Assembly: GCF_042660085.1 (NCBI RefSeq)
Contig: NZ_JBHSTI010000008.1
Coordinates: forward strand, 1,599,876 to 1,631,875
Length of the DNA stretch: 32,000 nt
Source of the DNA: Longivirga aurantiaca
GTDB lineage: Bacteria > Actinomycetota > Actinomycetes > S36-B12 > CAIYMF01
Direction of reading: 5' to 3'
The notes under the pieces were generated by a model that saw only the letters and a list, made by a program, of their open reading frames with translations, was not told where the DNA came from and searched no databases. The stretch's first letter is position 1; each line of letters opens with the position of its first letter. Made by a program: the position numbers and the translations under genes. This document shows positions 8,500 through 16,180 of the stretch, in pieces.

Positions 8500-10008
8500 T
8501 CAGGTGTTGAGGGCGCGCAGGAGGTCGCCAGCGGTGGGGCTCGCGTCGAGCAGCCCGCCCACGTGCGCGCGGGTGCCGCGCAGCGGCTCGAGGGTGGGCA
8601 CCCGCTGCAGGGACTCGCGCCCGGGCACGTCGAAGATGACGGAGTCCCACGACGCGGCGGCGATGTGGTCGGCGTACCGGCGCATGCACTCGCCGCGGAA
8701 CCATGCCCGGGTGTCGGCGGGCGGGCTGCCGATCGCAGCCTCCACCTCGGCGTCCGTGGTGATGCGCTCGAGGTTGCCGCGCAGCTGCAACCGCTGGGCG
8801 AGCCCCTTGTCGGGGCGGACGTCGCTGTACTGCAGGTCGACGAGGTGCAGGCGCGCGTGGTCCCAGTCGATGTGGTCGCGCGAGCGGTAGCCGTCGAGGA
8901 TCGCGAGCTTCGCCACCCAGTCGAGCTCGGACGCGAGGCTCCTCGGGTCGGTCTCGAGCCGGTCGAGCACCGACTCCCAGCGGTCGAGCACGTCGGCGGT
9001 CTGCGCGTCGACGTCCGAGCCCAGGGTGTTCTCGACGTGCTTGCGCGCCTGCTCGAGGAACTCGCGCTGCATCTGGACGGCCGTGATGCGCCGGCCAGAC
9101 CTCAGCGTGAGGAGGTGCGTCAGCGACGGGTCGTGCGACACACGGTGCATCTCGCGCACCGGGTCGTCGAGGACGCCGTCGATCTCCAGTGTCCCGGCCT
9201 CGAGCATCGCCAGCACGAGCGAGGTGGTGCCGAGCTTGAGGTACGTCGACACCTCGGCGAGGTTGGCGTCGCCCACGATCACGTGCAGTCGGCGGTACTT
9301 CTCCGGATCGGCGTGCGGCTCGTCCCGCGTGTTGATGATCGGTCGCTTCAGCGTGGTCTCCAGGCCGACCTCGACCTCGAAGAAGTCCGCGCGCTGCGAC
9401 AGCTGGAAGCCGTGGGTGCGCCCGTCCTGGCCCAGCCCGACGCGTCCCGCGCCCGTCACCACCTGCCGCGTCACGAAGAACGGCGTCAGGTGCCGCACGA
9501 TCTCCGCGAACGGCGTGGTGCGCGCCATGAGGTAGTTCTCGTGGGTGCCGTACGACGCGCCCTTGTTGTCGGTGTTGTTCTTGTAGAGGTTGACGGGATG
9601 GGCGCCCGGCAGGTTGCGGACGAGGTCGGTCGCGCGGGCCATGATCCGCTCCCCCGCCTTGTCCCAGATCACGCCGTCGCGCGGGTTGGTGACCTCGGGG
9701 CTGGAGTACTCCGGGTGCGCGTGGTCGACGTACAGCCGGCCGCCGTTCGTGAGGATGACGTTGGCCAGGCCGAGGTCGTCGTCGGTGAGCTGCGTGGGGT
9801 CGGCCTCGGCCCGTGTCATGTCGAAGCCGCGGGCGTCGCGGAGCGGGTGCTCCTCGTCGTAATCCCACCGGGCACGGGCCCCGCGCACGACCGACGCCGC
9901 GTACGACGTGACCACCTGGGTGCTCGTCATCATCGCGTTGACGTGCGGATGCCCTGGCACCGAGACGCCGTACTCGGTCTCGATGCCCATCACGCGATGG
10001 ACGCTCAC
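8500..10008 (-). CDS. dop: Pup deamidase/depupylase Dop
   Basis: 502 aa with a GTG start. The N-terminus is [15 protein letters not shown]. It is a PafA paralogue with an additional internal loop, and it sits between arc and pup. Confidence 0.95.
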   Translation of the reverse strand: MSVHRVMGIETEYGVSVPGHPHVNAMMTSTQVVTSYAASVVRGARARWDYDEEHPLRDARGFDMTRAEADPTQLTDDDLGLANVILTNGGRLYVDHAHPEYSSPEVTNPRDGVIWDKAGERIMARATDLVRNLPGAHPVNLYKNNTDNKGASYGTHENYLMARTTPFAEIVRHLTPFFVTRQVVTGAGRVGLGQDGRTHGFQLSQRADFFEVEVGLETTLKRPIINTRDEPHADPEKYRRLHVIVGDANLAEVSTYLKLGTTSLVLAMLEAGTLEIDGVLDDPVREMHRVSHDPSLTHLLTLRSGRRITAVQMQREFLEQARKHVENTLGSDVDAQTADVLDRWESVLDRLETDPRSLASELDWVAKLAILDGYRSRDHIDWDHARLHLVDLQYSDVRPDKGLAQRLQLRGNLERITTDAEVEAAIGSPPADTRAWFRGECMRRYADHIAAASWDSVIFDVPGRESLQRVPTLEPLRGTRAHVGGLLDASPTAGDLLRALNT

Positions 10009-10017
10009 GGCACGGCC

Positions 10018-11664
10018 CTAGAGGTACTGACCGGTGTTGGCGACCGTGTCGATCGAGCGCCCTGCCTCGGTGCCCTGCTTGCCCTGGATGAGGGTGCGGA
10101 TGAAGACGATGCGCTCGCCCTTCTTGCCCGAGATCCGCGCCCAGTCGTCCGGGTTGGTGGTGTTCGGCAGGTCCTCGTTCTCGCGGAACTCGTCGAGGCA
10201 CGCCGACAGCATGTGCTGGACGCGGATGCCGCGCTGACCGGTCTCGAGGAGGTCCTTGATCGCCATCTTCTTGGCGCGCGCCACGATGTTCTCGATCATC
10301 GCGCCGCTGTTGAAGTCCTTGAAGTACAGGACCTCCTTGTCGCCGTTGGCGTAGGTGACCTCGAGGAAGCGGTTCTCCTCGGTCTCGGTGTACATCCGCT
10401 CGACCGCGCGCTGGATCATCCCCTGGCACGTGGCGACGCGGTCGCCGCCGTGCTCGGCGAGGTCCTCGGGGTGCAGCGGGAGGTCCGGCGTCAGGTACTT
10501 GCTGAAGATGTCGCTCGCTCCCTGGGCGTCCGGGCGCTCGATCTTGATCTTCACGTCGAGCCGGCCCGGCCGCAGGATGGCCGGGTCGATCATGTCCTCG
10601 CGGTTCGACGCGCCGATGACGATGACGTTCTCCAGGCTCTCGACGCCGTCGATCTCGCTGAGCAGCTGGGGGACGATCGTGTTCTCGACGTCGCTCGACA
10701 CACCGGTGCCGCGCGTGCGGAACAGCGAGTCCATCTCGTCGAAGAACACGATCACGGGCATGCCCTCGGACGCCTTCTCACGCGCCCGCTGGAACACGAG
10801 CCGGATGTGCCGCTCGGTCTCGCCGACGTACTTGTTGAGCAGCTCGGGGCCCTTGATGTTGAGGAAGAACGAGCGTCCCTGCTCCTTGCCCTCGACCTCG
10901 GCGACCTTCTTGGCGAGCGAGTTCGCGACCGCCTTGGCTATGAGGGTCTTCCCGCAGCCGGGCGGGCCGTACAGCAGGATCCCCTTCGGCGGCTTGAGCT
11001 TGTGCTCGCGGAAGAGATCGGCGTGCAGGTACGGCAGCTCGACGGCGTCGCGGATCTCCTCGATCTGCGCGGCGAGGCCGCCGATGTCGCCGTAGTCGAT
11101 GTCCGGGACCTCCTCGAGGACGAGCTCCTCGACCTCGGCCTTCGGGATCTTCTCGAAGACGTACTGCGACCGGGACTCGAGCAGCAGGGAGTCGCCGGCG
11201 CGCAGGTGGGTGCCCCGCAGCGGCTCGGCGAGGCGGACGACGCGCTCCTCGTCGGTGTGGCCGATCACGAGGGCGCGGACGCCGTCCTCGAGGATCTCCT
11301 TGAGCATGACGATCTCGCCGTGCCGCTCGTACTCACGGACGGCGACGACGTTGAGCGCCTCGTTGAGCTGGACCTCCTGGCCCGGGCGCAGGTCCTCGGT
11401 CTCGACGTCCGGGCTGCACACCACGCGCATCTTGCGGCCGGCCGTGAAGACGTCGACCGAGCCGTCGTCGAAGGCCTCGAGGAAGACGCCGTAGCCGTTG
11501 GGCGGCTCGGCGAGGCGGTCGACCTCCTCCTTGAGCGCCACGATCTGGTCGCGGGCGTCCTTGAGGGTCGAGACCAGGCGCTGGTTCTGCGCGGACGCCG
11601 CCGCCAGCTCGGCCTGGAGCTGGGACACGCGCGGATCCGGCGCGCGCTCGTCGGTGTACGTCAC
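10018..11664 (-). CDS. arc: Proteasome-associated AAA ATPase ARC/Mpa
   Basis: An N-terminal coiled coil is followed by OB-domain sequence. The Walker A motif is GPPGCGKT and the Walker B motif is VIVFFDEMD. The C-terminus ends GQYL, the proteasome-docking motif. I chose the GTG at 11664 because a GGGAGG lies 8 nt upstream; the in-frame GTG at 11673 is an alternative. Confidence 0.93.
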   Translation of the reverse strand: MTYTDERAPDPRVSQLQAELAAASAQNQRLVSTLKDARDQIVALKEEVDRLAEPPNGYGVFLEAFDDGSVDVFTAGRKMRVVCSPDVETEDLRPGQEVQLNEALNVVAVREYERHGEIVMLKEILEDGVRALVIGHTDEERVVRLAEPLRGTHLRAGDSLLLESRSQYVFEKIPKAEVEELVLEEVPDIDYGDIGGLAAQIEEIRDAVELPYLHADLFREHKLKPPKGILLYGPPGCGKTLIAKAVANSLAKKVAEVEGKEQGRSFFLNIKGPELLNKYVGETERHIRLVFQRAREKASEGMPVIVFFDEMDSLFRTRGTGVSSDVENTIVPQLLSEIDGVESLENVIVIGASNREDMIDPAILRPGRLDVKIKIERPDAQGASDIFSKYLTPDLPLHPEDLAEHGGDRVATCQGMIQRAVERMYTETEENRFLEVTYANGDKEVLYFKDFNSGAMIENIVARAKKMAIKDLLETGQRGIRVQHMLSACLDEFRENEDLPNTTNPDDWARISGKKGERIVFIRTLIQGKQGTEAGRSIDTVANTGQYL

Positions 11665-11723
11665 GGTGCTCACCTCCCGTGCGTCCGCCCCGGTGGGGTC
11701 CACCGTGGCTGGGCCGTTTCTCG

Positions 11724-11729
11724 ACCCTA
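11724..11729 (-). promoter_or_regulatory. -10 box TAGGGT of an arc(-dop) promoter (about 50-nt leader with GGGAGG Shine-Dalgarno)
   Basis: The minus strand reads CGTGGGTAGGGTCGAGA. Confidence 0.45.
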
Positions 11730-11849
11730 CCCACGTCGACCGGTTCTGCGCGCGCGCTGAGCCCCGCGACGCGCGTCGCAACGAAGACGTAACCGCCCGG
11801 AGCAGGCCGTCGCCGTCCGGATTCCGTCCCCGGAGGCCCCGCAGACGGG

Positions 11850-12764
11850 TCAGCCGGTGGGGAGCTCGTAGTCCTCGCCGTAGGCGCCCTTGGCGGGTCG
11901 GGTACGGCGCGGGGGCAGGACGGTGCCGTCGGCCAGGCGGCGCGAGCGGATGAGGAACCCGGTGTGGCCGTTCATCGAGTGGTCGGGGCGAACCGCCAGG
12001 CCCTCGAGGTGCCAGGTGCGCAGCAGCAACTCCTGCGCGTAGGGCTCGGTCCAGCGCCCGTCGGTCCGCAGCGTCTCGACCGTGCGCGACAGCTGGGTGG
12101 TCGTGGCGACGTACACCACGAGCACGCCCCCCGGCGCGAGCGCCTCGGCGGCCACCTCCACGCAGTCCCACGGCGCCAGCATGTCGAGCACGATCCGGTC
12201 GACCGCGGTGTCGAGGCCCTCAGCCATCCGGGCCCGCAGCGTCGGCACCAGGTCGCCGACCGTGAGCGACCATGCCGGGTGCTCCGACCCGAAGAAGGTC
12301 TCGACGTTGGCCCGCGCGACGTCCGCGAAGTCCTCGCGGCGCTCGTACGACGACAGCCCGCCCTGGTCGCCGACCGCCCGCAGCAGCGAGATCGACAGCG
12401 CGCCCGAGCCCACGCCCGCCTCGATCACCCGCGCGCCGGGATAGATGTCCGCGAGCCCGACGATCGCGGCGGCGTCCTTCGGGTAGACGATCGTGGCGCC
12501 GCGCGCCATCGACAGCACGAAGTCCGACAGCATCGGCCGCAGGGCGAGGTATGGCACCCCCTGGGTCGAGGTGACGATCACGCCCTCAGGGCCGCCGATG
12601 AGCGCGTCGTGCTTGATGGCGCCCTTGGCGGTGTGGAACTCCTTGCCCGCTCCGAGCGTGATGGTGTGCATCCGCTTCTTGGGATCGGTCAGCTGCACGC
12701 GCTCGCCCTCGCGCAGCGGTCCACGGCGGTGGTCTGCCCCGGTGGGGACACGGTCGGAGGTCAC
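11850..12764 (-). CDS. trmI: tRNA (adenine58-N1)-methyltransferase TrmI
   Basis: 304 aa from the GTG at 12764. It has a SAM-binding motif ([20 protein letters not shown]) and the [11 protein letters not shown] motif typical of TrmI/Gcd14. The track ORF has a 142-codon spurious N-extension. Confidence 0.85.
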   Translation of the reverse strand: MTSDRVPTGADHRRGPLREGERVQLTDPKKRMHTITLGAGKEFHTAKGAIKHDALIGGPEGVIVTSTQGVPYLALRPMLSDFVLSMARGATIVYPKDAAAIVGLADIYPGARVIEAGVGSGALSISLLRAVGDQGGLSSYERREDFADVARANVETFFGSEHPAWSLTVGDLVPTLRARMAEGLDTAVDRIVLDMLAPWDCVEVAAEALAPGGVLVVYVATTTQLSRTVETLRTDGRWTEPYAQELLLRTWHLEGLAVRPDHSMNGHTGFLIRSRRLADGTVLPPRRTRPAKGAYGEDYELPTG

Positions 12765-12772
12765 GGTCGGCA

Positions 12773-12778
12773 AGGATA
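12773..12778 (-). promoter_or_regulatory. -10 box TATCCT, 8 nt upstream of the trmI GTG
   Basis: The minus strand reads gcgccTATCCTtgccgaccGTG. Confidence 0.3.
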
Positions 12779-12834
12779 GGCGCGCGGTCGGCGTACGCCG
12801 TCGGCGCGTCCAGCGATCGAGCGTAGGAGCACGC

Positions 12835-13224
12835 ATGGCAGGCGCGGGGCCGGACGTCGGGACGTTCCTCGCCGCATCCGGGCATGCCCGGCTCGAGGAG
12901 GTCCTCACCCTCCGGGAGGCCCTGCACGCCGGCATCCCAGGGCTCGACGAGCGCATCAAGTGGAACGCGCCCAGCCTCGGCCCGGACGGAACAGACCGGA
13001 TCACGTTCCGGCTGCAGCCCGGCGACCGTGTCGAGCTCGTCCTGCACCGCGGCACGTCCGTGCGCTCCATGGACGGCTTCGCCTTCGACGACGCCGACGG
13101 CCTCATCGCCTGGGCCGCGCCCGACCGTGGCGTCGTCGTGGTGCGCGATTCCGCCGACCTGGAGGCGCGGCTCCCCCAGATCGTCGACACCTGCCGACGC
13201 TGGGTCGAGGCGACCCGCGACTGA
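12835..13224 (+). CDS. DUF1801 (YdhG-like) domain protein
   Basis: 129 aa from the ATG at 12835, preceded by AGGAG with a 5-nt spacer. The pattern EERIKWNAPSLG...ITFRL resembles the DUF1801 family. The family call rests on memory only. Confidence 0.6.
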   Translation: MAGAGPDVGTFLAASGHARLEEVLTLREALHAGIPGLDERIKWNAPSLGPDGTDRITFRLQPGDRVELVLHRGTSVRSMDGFAFDDADGLIAWAAPDRGVVVVRDSADLEARLPQIVDTCRRWVEATRD

Positions 13225-13230
13225 CCGCGC

Positions 13231-14370
13231 TCAGACCCCGAGGGCCTTCTCGACGTCCTTCGTGGTGAGGATCCCGACGACCGTCCCCGTGTCGTCGTGG
13301 ACGGCGTAGTCGGTGGCGGGCACGTCCTGCATGGCGCGCAGGAGGGGATCGCCGGCGAGGGCGATGTGCAGCCTGGCCCCGGGGTCGAGCGTGGTCGACA
13401 CCGACGACACCGGCACCCAGGGGCGGCGCTCCACCGGCACCGCGGCGACGGCGTCCTCCTGGGCCACCGCCACGACGGTGCCGCTGCTGTCGCTGACGGC
13501 GATCGCGCGCGCTCCGGTGGCCTCGAGCCGCCTCAGCGCCTCGGCGAGCGGGAGGTCGTGCGGCACGACGACCGCGGGGCGGACGAGCCCGCGGGCCTCG
13601 AGCGCGGGCACCCGGGACATGAGCCGGGCGCGCTTCAGCGCGTCGGACGCACCCGCGTAGAGGTAGGCGCCGATCATCCCGGCGAAGACGATGCTGACGA
13701 GGTCGGGACGGCCGCCGAAGCGCCAGGCCAGGAGGAAGGGCAGCAGGAACACGAAGACGGCCACGGCCCGGCCCGCCCAGGCCGCCACGATCGTCCCGCG
13801 GTTCTCGTCCTTGGTGATGCCCCAGACGATGCTCCGGAGGACGCCGCCGCCGTCCAGCGGGAGGCCGGGGAGCGCGTTCCAGATCCCGAGGACGATGTTG
13901 GCGTAGCCCAGCAGCGCGGCCACGCTCGCGAGGGTCGAGTCCCCCGAGAGCGGGCTCCTCGCGAACCACAGCCAGGCGAGCCCGATGAGCACCGACGAGA
14001 TCGGGCCGGAGGCCGCGATCACCGCCTCGCGCCAGGCGGAGGCGATCCGGCGCTCGTACGACGTCCAGCCGCCGAAGAACCACAGGGTGATCTGGTGCAC
14101 CGGGAAGCCGAAGGCCCGGGCCGACCAGGCGTGGGCGAGCTCGTGCCCCAGGATCGACAGGTAGAACAGCACGGCGAACACGAGCGACCAGAGCACGACC
14201 TGCCCGAGGTCCGAGCGGTCGATCCGCAGGTTGTCGTTGTAGAGGTACGCGATGAGCGCGACGCCGAGGAGGCTGCTCCAGGGCAGCGAGACGGGGATCC
14301 CGCCCAGGCGGAAGGTCAGGCCGCTGCCACCGCGTGCGGGGGTCGGTGCCGCCTCCTGCTCGTTGCTCAC
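13231..14370 (-). CDS. Site-2 protease family (peptidase M50) membrane metalloprotease with a C-terminal CBS pair
   Basis: 379 aa with a GTG start. The HExxH motif (GHELAHAW) lies in a TM helix, and there are several further TM segments. The C-terminal tandem is CBS-like (...AIAVSDSSGTVVAV... and ...VHDDTGTVVGILTTKDV). Confidence 0.85.
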   Translation of the reverse strand: MSNEQEAAPTPARGGSGLTFRLGGIPVSLPWSSLLGVALIAYLYNDNLRIDRSDLGQVVLWSLVFAVLFYLSILGHELAHAWSARAFGFPVHQITLWFFGGWTSYERRIASAWREAVIAASGPISSVLIGLAWLWFARSPLSGDSTLASVAALLGYANIVLGIWNALPGLPLDGGGVLRSIVWGITKDENRGTIVAAWAGRAVAVFVFLLPFLLAWRFGGRPDLVSIVFAGMIGAYLYAGASDALKRARLMSRVPALEARGLVRPAVVVPHDLPLAEALRRLEATGARAIAVSDSSGTVVAVAQEDAVAAVPVERRPWVPVSSVSTTLDPGARLHIALAGDPLLRAMQDVPATDYAVHDDTGTVVGILTTKDVEKALGV

Positions 14371-14376
14371 CCGCCC

Positions 14377-14382
14377 ACCGTA
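14377..14382 (-). promoter_or_regulatory. -10 box TACGGT, 6 nt upstream of the site-2 protease GTG (leaderless candidate)
   Basis: The minus strand reads gcttACGGT with the T included, i.e. TACGGTgggcggGTG. Confidence 0.4.
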
Positions 14383-14468
14383 AGCGGCGCACCGCGGCGG
14401 GGCCTCCTCACGCCCCCGCGCTGCGGCGCGTCGGGCGCACCTCCGCCTCCGACGTCGGACCCGGCGCC

Positions 14469-14474
14469 TACTGT
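14469..14474 (+). promoter_or_regulatory. -10 box TACTGT, 6 nt upstream of the nuclease ATG (leaderless candidate)
   Basis: gcgccTACTGTcggggcATG. Confidence 0.4.
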
Positions 14475-14480
14475 CGGGGC

Positions 14481-15371
14481 ATGAGCACGAGCCCGTCCGA
14501 CTCCCCCGCGCCGCTGGCGGCCGACCCCGCCGCGGTGTGGGAGGACACCGCCGCCCCGCGCACGTCGTCGCTGTCGCCGTCGCGGGCGGGCGACTTCATG
14601 ACCTGCCCCCTGCTCTACCGGTTCCGGGTCATCGACCGGCTCCCGCAGAAGCCGAGCCGGGAGGCCGTCCGCGGCACGGTGGTGCACCAGGTGCTCGAGG
14701 ACCTCTTCGACCTCCCGCCCGAGCAGCGCACCCTCGACCGGGCCGCGTCGATGCTGCCGGCGGCGTGGGACGTCGTGCGCGAGCAGGACGAGGCCGCGGC
14801 CACCCAGCTGTTCGAGAGCGCGGACGAGGCCGAGGAGTGGCTCGCCTCGGCCGTCCCGCTGCTCGAGAGCTACTTCCGCCTCGAGGACCCGTCGCGCCTC
14901 GAGCCGGCCGAGCGCGAGCTCCGGGTCGAGACCACGCTCGACGACGGCCTGGTGCTGCGCGGGTTCGTCGACCGGCTCGACCGCAACGCCACCGGCGACA
15001 CCCGGGTGGTCGACTACAAGACCGGCAAGTCGCCGGGCGAGGGGTACGAGCAGAAGGCGCTGTTCCAGATGCGCTTCTACGCGCTGGTGCTCTGGCGCGC
15101 CACGGGCACTGTCCCCCGGCTGCTCCAGCTGCTCTACCTCGGCAACGAGCAGATCCTGCGGTACGAGCCGGACGAGGCCGACCTGCTGGCCACCGAGCGC
15201 AAGATCAAGGCGCTCTGGCGGGCGATCCAGCAGGCCCAGGAGAGCGGCGACTGGCGACCGAGCCCGTCGCGGCTGTGCGACTGGTGCGACCACCAGGCGC
15301 TCTGCCCGGCGTTCGGCGGCACTCCCCCGCCGCTGCCCACGCTCCCGGTGCCTCCCGTCCCGACCGCCTGA
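14481..15371 (+). CDS. PD-(D/E)XK (RecB/Cas4-like) nuclease with a predicted 4-Cys Fe-S cluster
   Basis: 296 aa from the ATG at 14481. Motifs present are GFVDRLD...VVDYKTGK (the D...(D/E)xK core) and QMRFYALV (QxxxY). The Cys pattern is C(N-terminal, FMTCPL)...CDWCDHQALC, as in Cas4/AddB. Confidence 0.8.
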   Translation: MSTSPSDSPAPLAADPAAVWEDTAAPRTSSLSPSRAGDFMTCPLLYRFRVIDRLPQKPSREAVRGTVVHQVLEDLFDLPPEQRTLDRAASMLPAAWDVVREQDEAAATQLFESADEAEEWLASAVPLLESYFRLEDPSRLEPAERELRVETTLDDGLVLRGFVDRLDRNATGDTRVVDYKTGKSPGEGYEQKALFQMRFYALVLWRATGTVPRLLQLLYLGNEQILRYEPDEADLLATERKIKALWRAIQQAQESGDWRPSPSRLCDWCDHQALCPAFGGTPPPLPTLPVPPVPTA

Positions 15372-15420
15372 CCGCTCGCGGCCTGTGGACGTCGGCGGCG
15401 CGGTGAGCCGGTCCTCGGGC

Positions 15421-15426
15421 TAGCGT
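15421..15426 (+). promoter_or_regulatory. -10 box TAGCGT, 6 nt upstream of the ABC ATPase GTG (leaderless candidate)
   Basis: gggcTAGCGTgaccacGTG. Confidence 0.4.
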
Positions 15427-15432
15427 GACCAC

Positions 15433-16176
15433 GTGCCCACGACGACTGCCGCTGCCCGCGCGACCGCCCTGTCCAAGATCTACGGCTCGGGCGACACCCA
15501 GGTCACCGCGCTCGACGCCGTCGACGTCGACATCGAGGCGGGCCGCTTCACCGCGATCATGGGCCCGTCGGGATCAGGCAAGAGCACCCTCATGCACTGC
15601 CTCGCCGGCCTCGACTCGATCAGCGCGGGCCAGGTCTGGATCGGCGAGACCGAGGTGTCCGGCCTCTCGGACAAGGCGCTCACCCAGCTGCGCCGCGACT
15701 CCGTCGGCTTCGTGTTCCAGGCCTTCAACCTGATCCCCACCCTGACGGCGCTCGAGAACATCACGCTCCCCCTCGACATCGCCGGCCGCAAGCCCGACCA
15801 GCAGTGGCTCGACACCGTGATCGACACGGTCGGCCTCCGCGACCGCCTCACCCACCGGCCGAGCGAGCTGTCGGGCGGCCAGCAGCAGCGCGTCGCCTGC
15901 GCCCGTGCGCTCGCGAGCCGGCCGACGATCGTGTTCGCCGACGAGCCGACCGGCAACCTCGACTCGCGCTCGGGTGCCGAGGTGCTCGGCTTCCTGCGGC
16001 GCAGCGTCGACGAGTTCGGCCAGACGATCGTCATGGTCACCCACGACCCCGGTGCGGCGTCGTACGCCGACCGGGTGCTCTTCCTGGCCGACGGCCGGAT
16101 CGTCGACGAGATGGCCGACCCCTCCGCAGACCGCGTCCTCGAGCGGATGAAGGCCTTCGAGCAGGCGCGAGGCTGA
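15433..16176 (+). CDS. ABC transporter ATP-binding protein (MacB/LolD-like)
   Basis: 247 aa with a GTG start. Walker A is GPSGSGKST, the ABC signature is LSGGQQQRVA, and Walker B is IVFADEPTGNLD. Confidence 0.95.
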   Translation: MPTTTAAARATALSKIYGSGDTQVTALDAVDVDIEAGRFTAIMGPSGSGKSTLMHCLAGLDSISAGQVWIGETEVSGLSDKALTQLRRDSVGFVFQAFNLIPTLTALENITLPLDIAGRKPDQQWLDTVIDTVGLRDRLTHRPSELSGGQQQRVACARALASRPTIVFADEPTGNLDSRSGAEVLGFLRRSVDEFGQTIVMVTHDPGAASYADRVLFLADGRIVDEMADPSADRVLERMKAFEQARG

Positions 16177-16180
16177 CGAC

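Noticed and set aside
8336-10429. 769-aa minus-strand ORF (8120-10429) that ends with the Pup sequence
   Set aside because: Only the last 71 codons are Pup. The rest runs out of frame through dop and into arc, and it crosses the 164-nt spacer. The composition is Arg/Pro/Gly-rich junk.
8563-11760. 1065-aa plus-strand ORF covering the dop and arc region
   Set aside because: It is antisense to two unmistakable genes (dop and arc). Its translation is Arg/Gly/Asp/Val-rich low-complexity sequence with no recognisable motifs. This is the typical high-GC shadow ORF.
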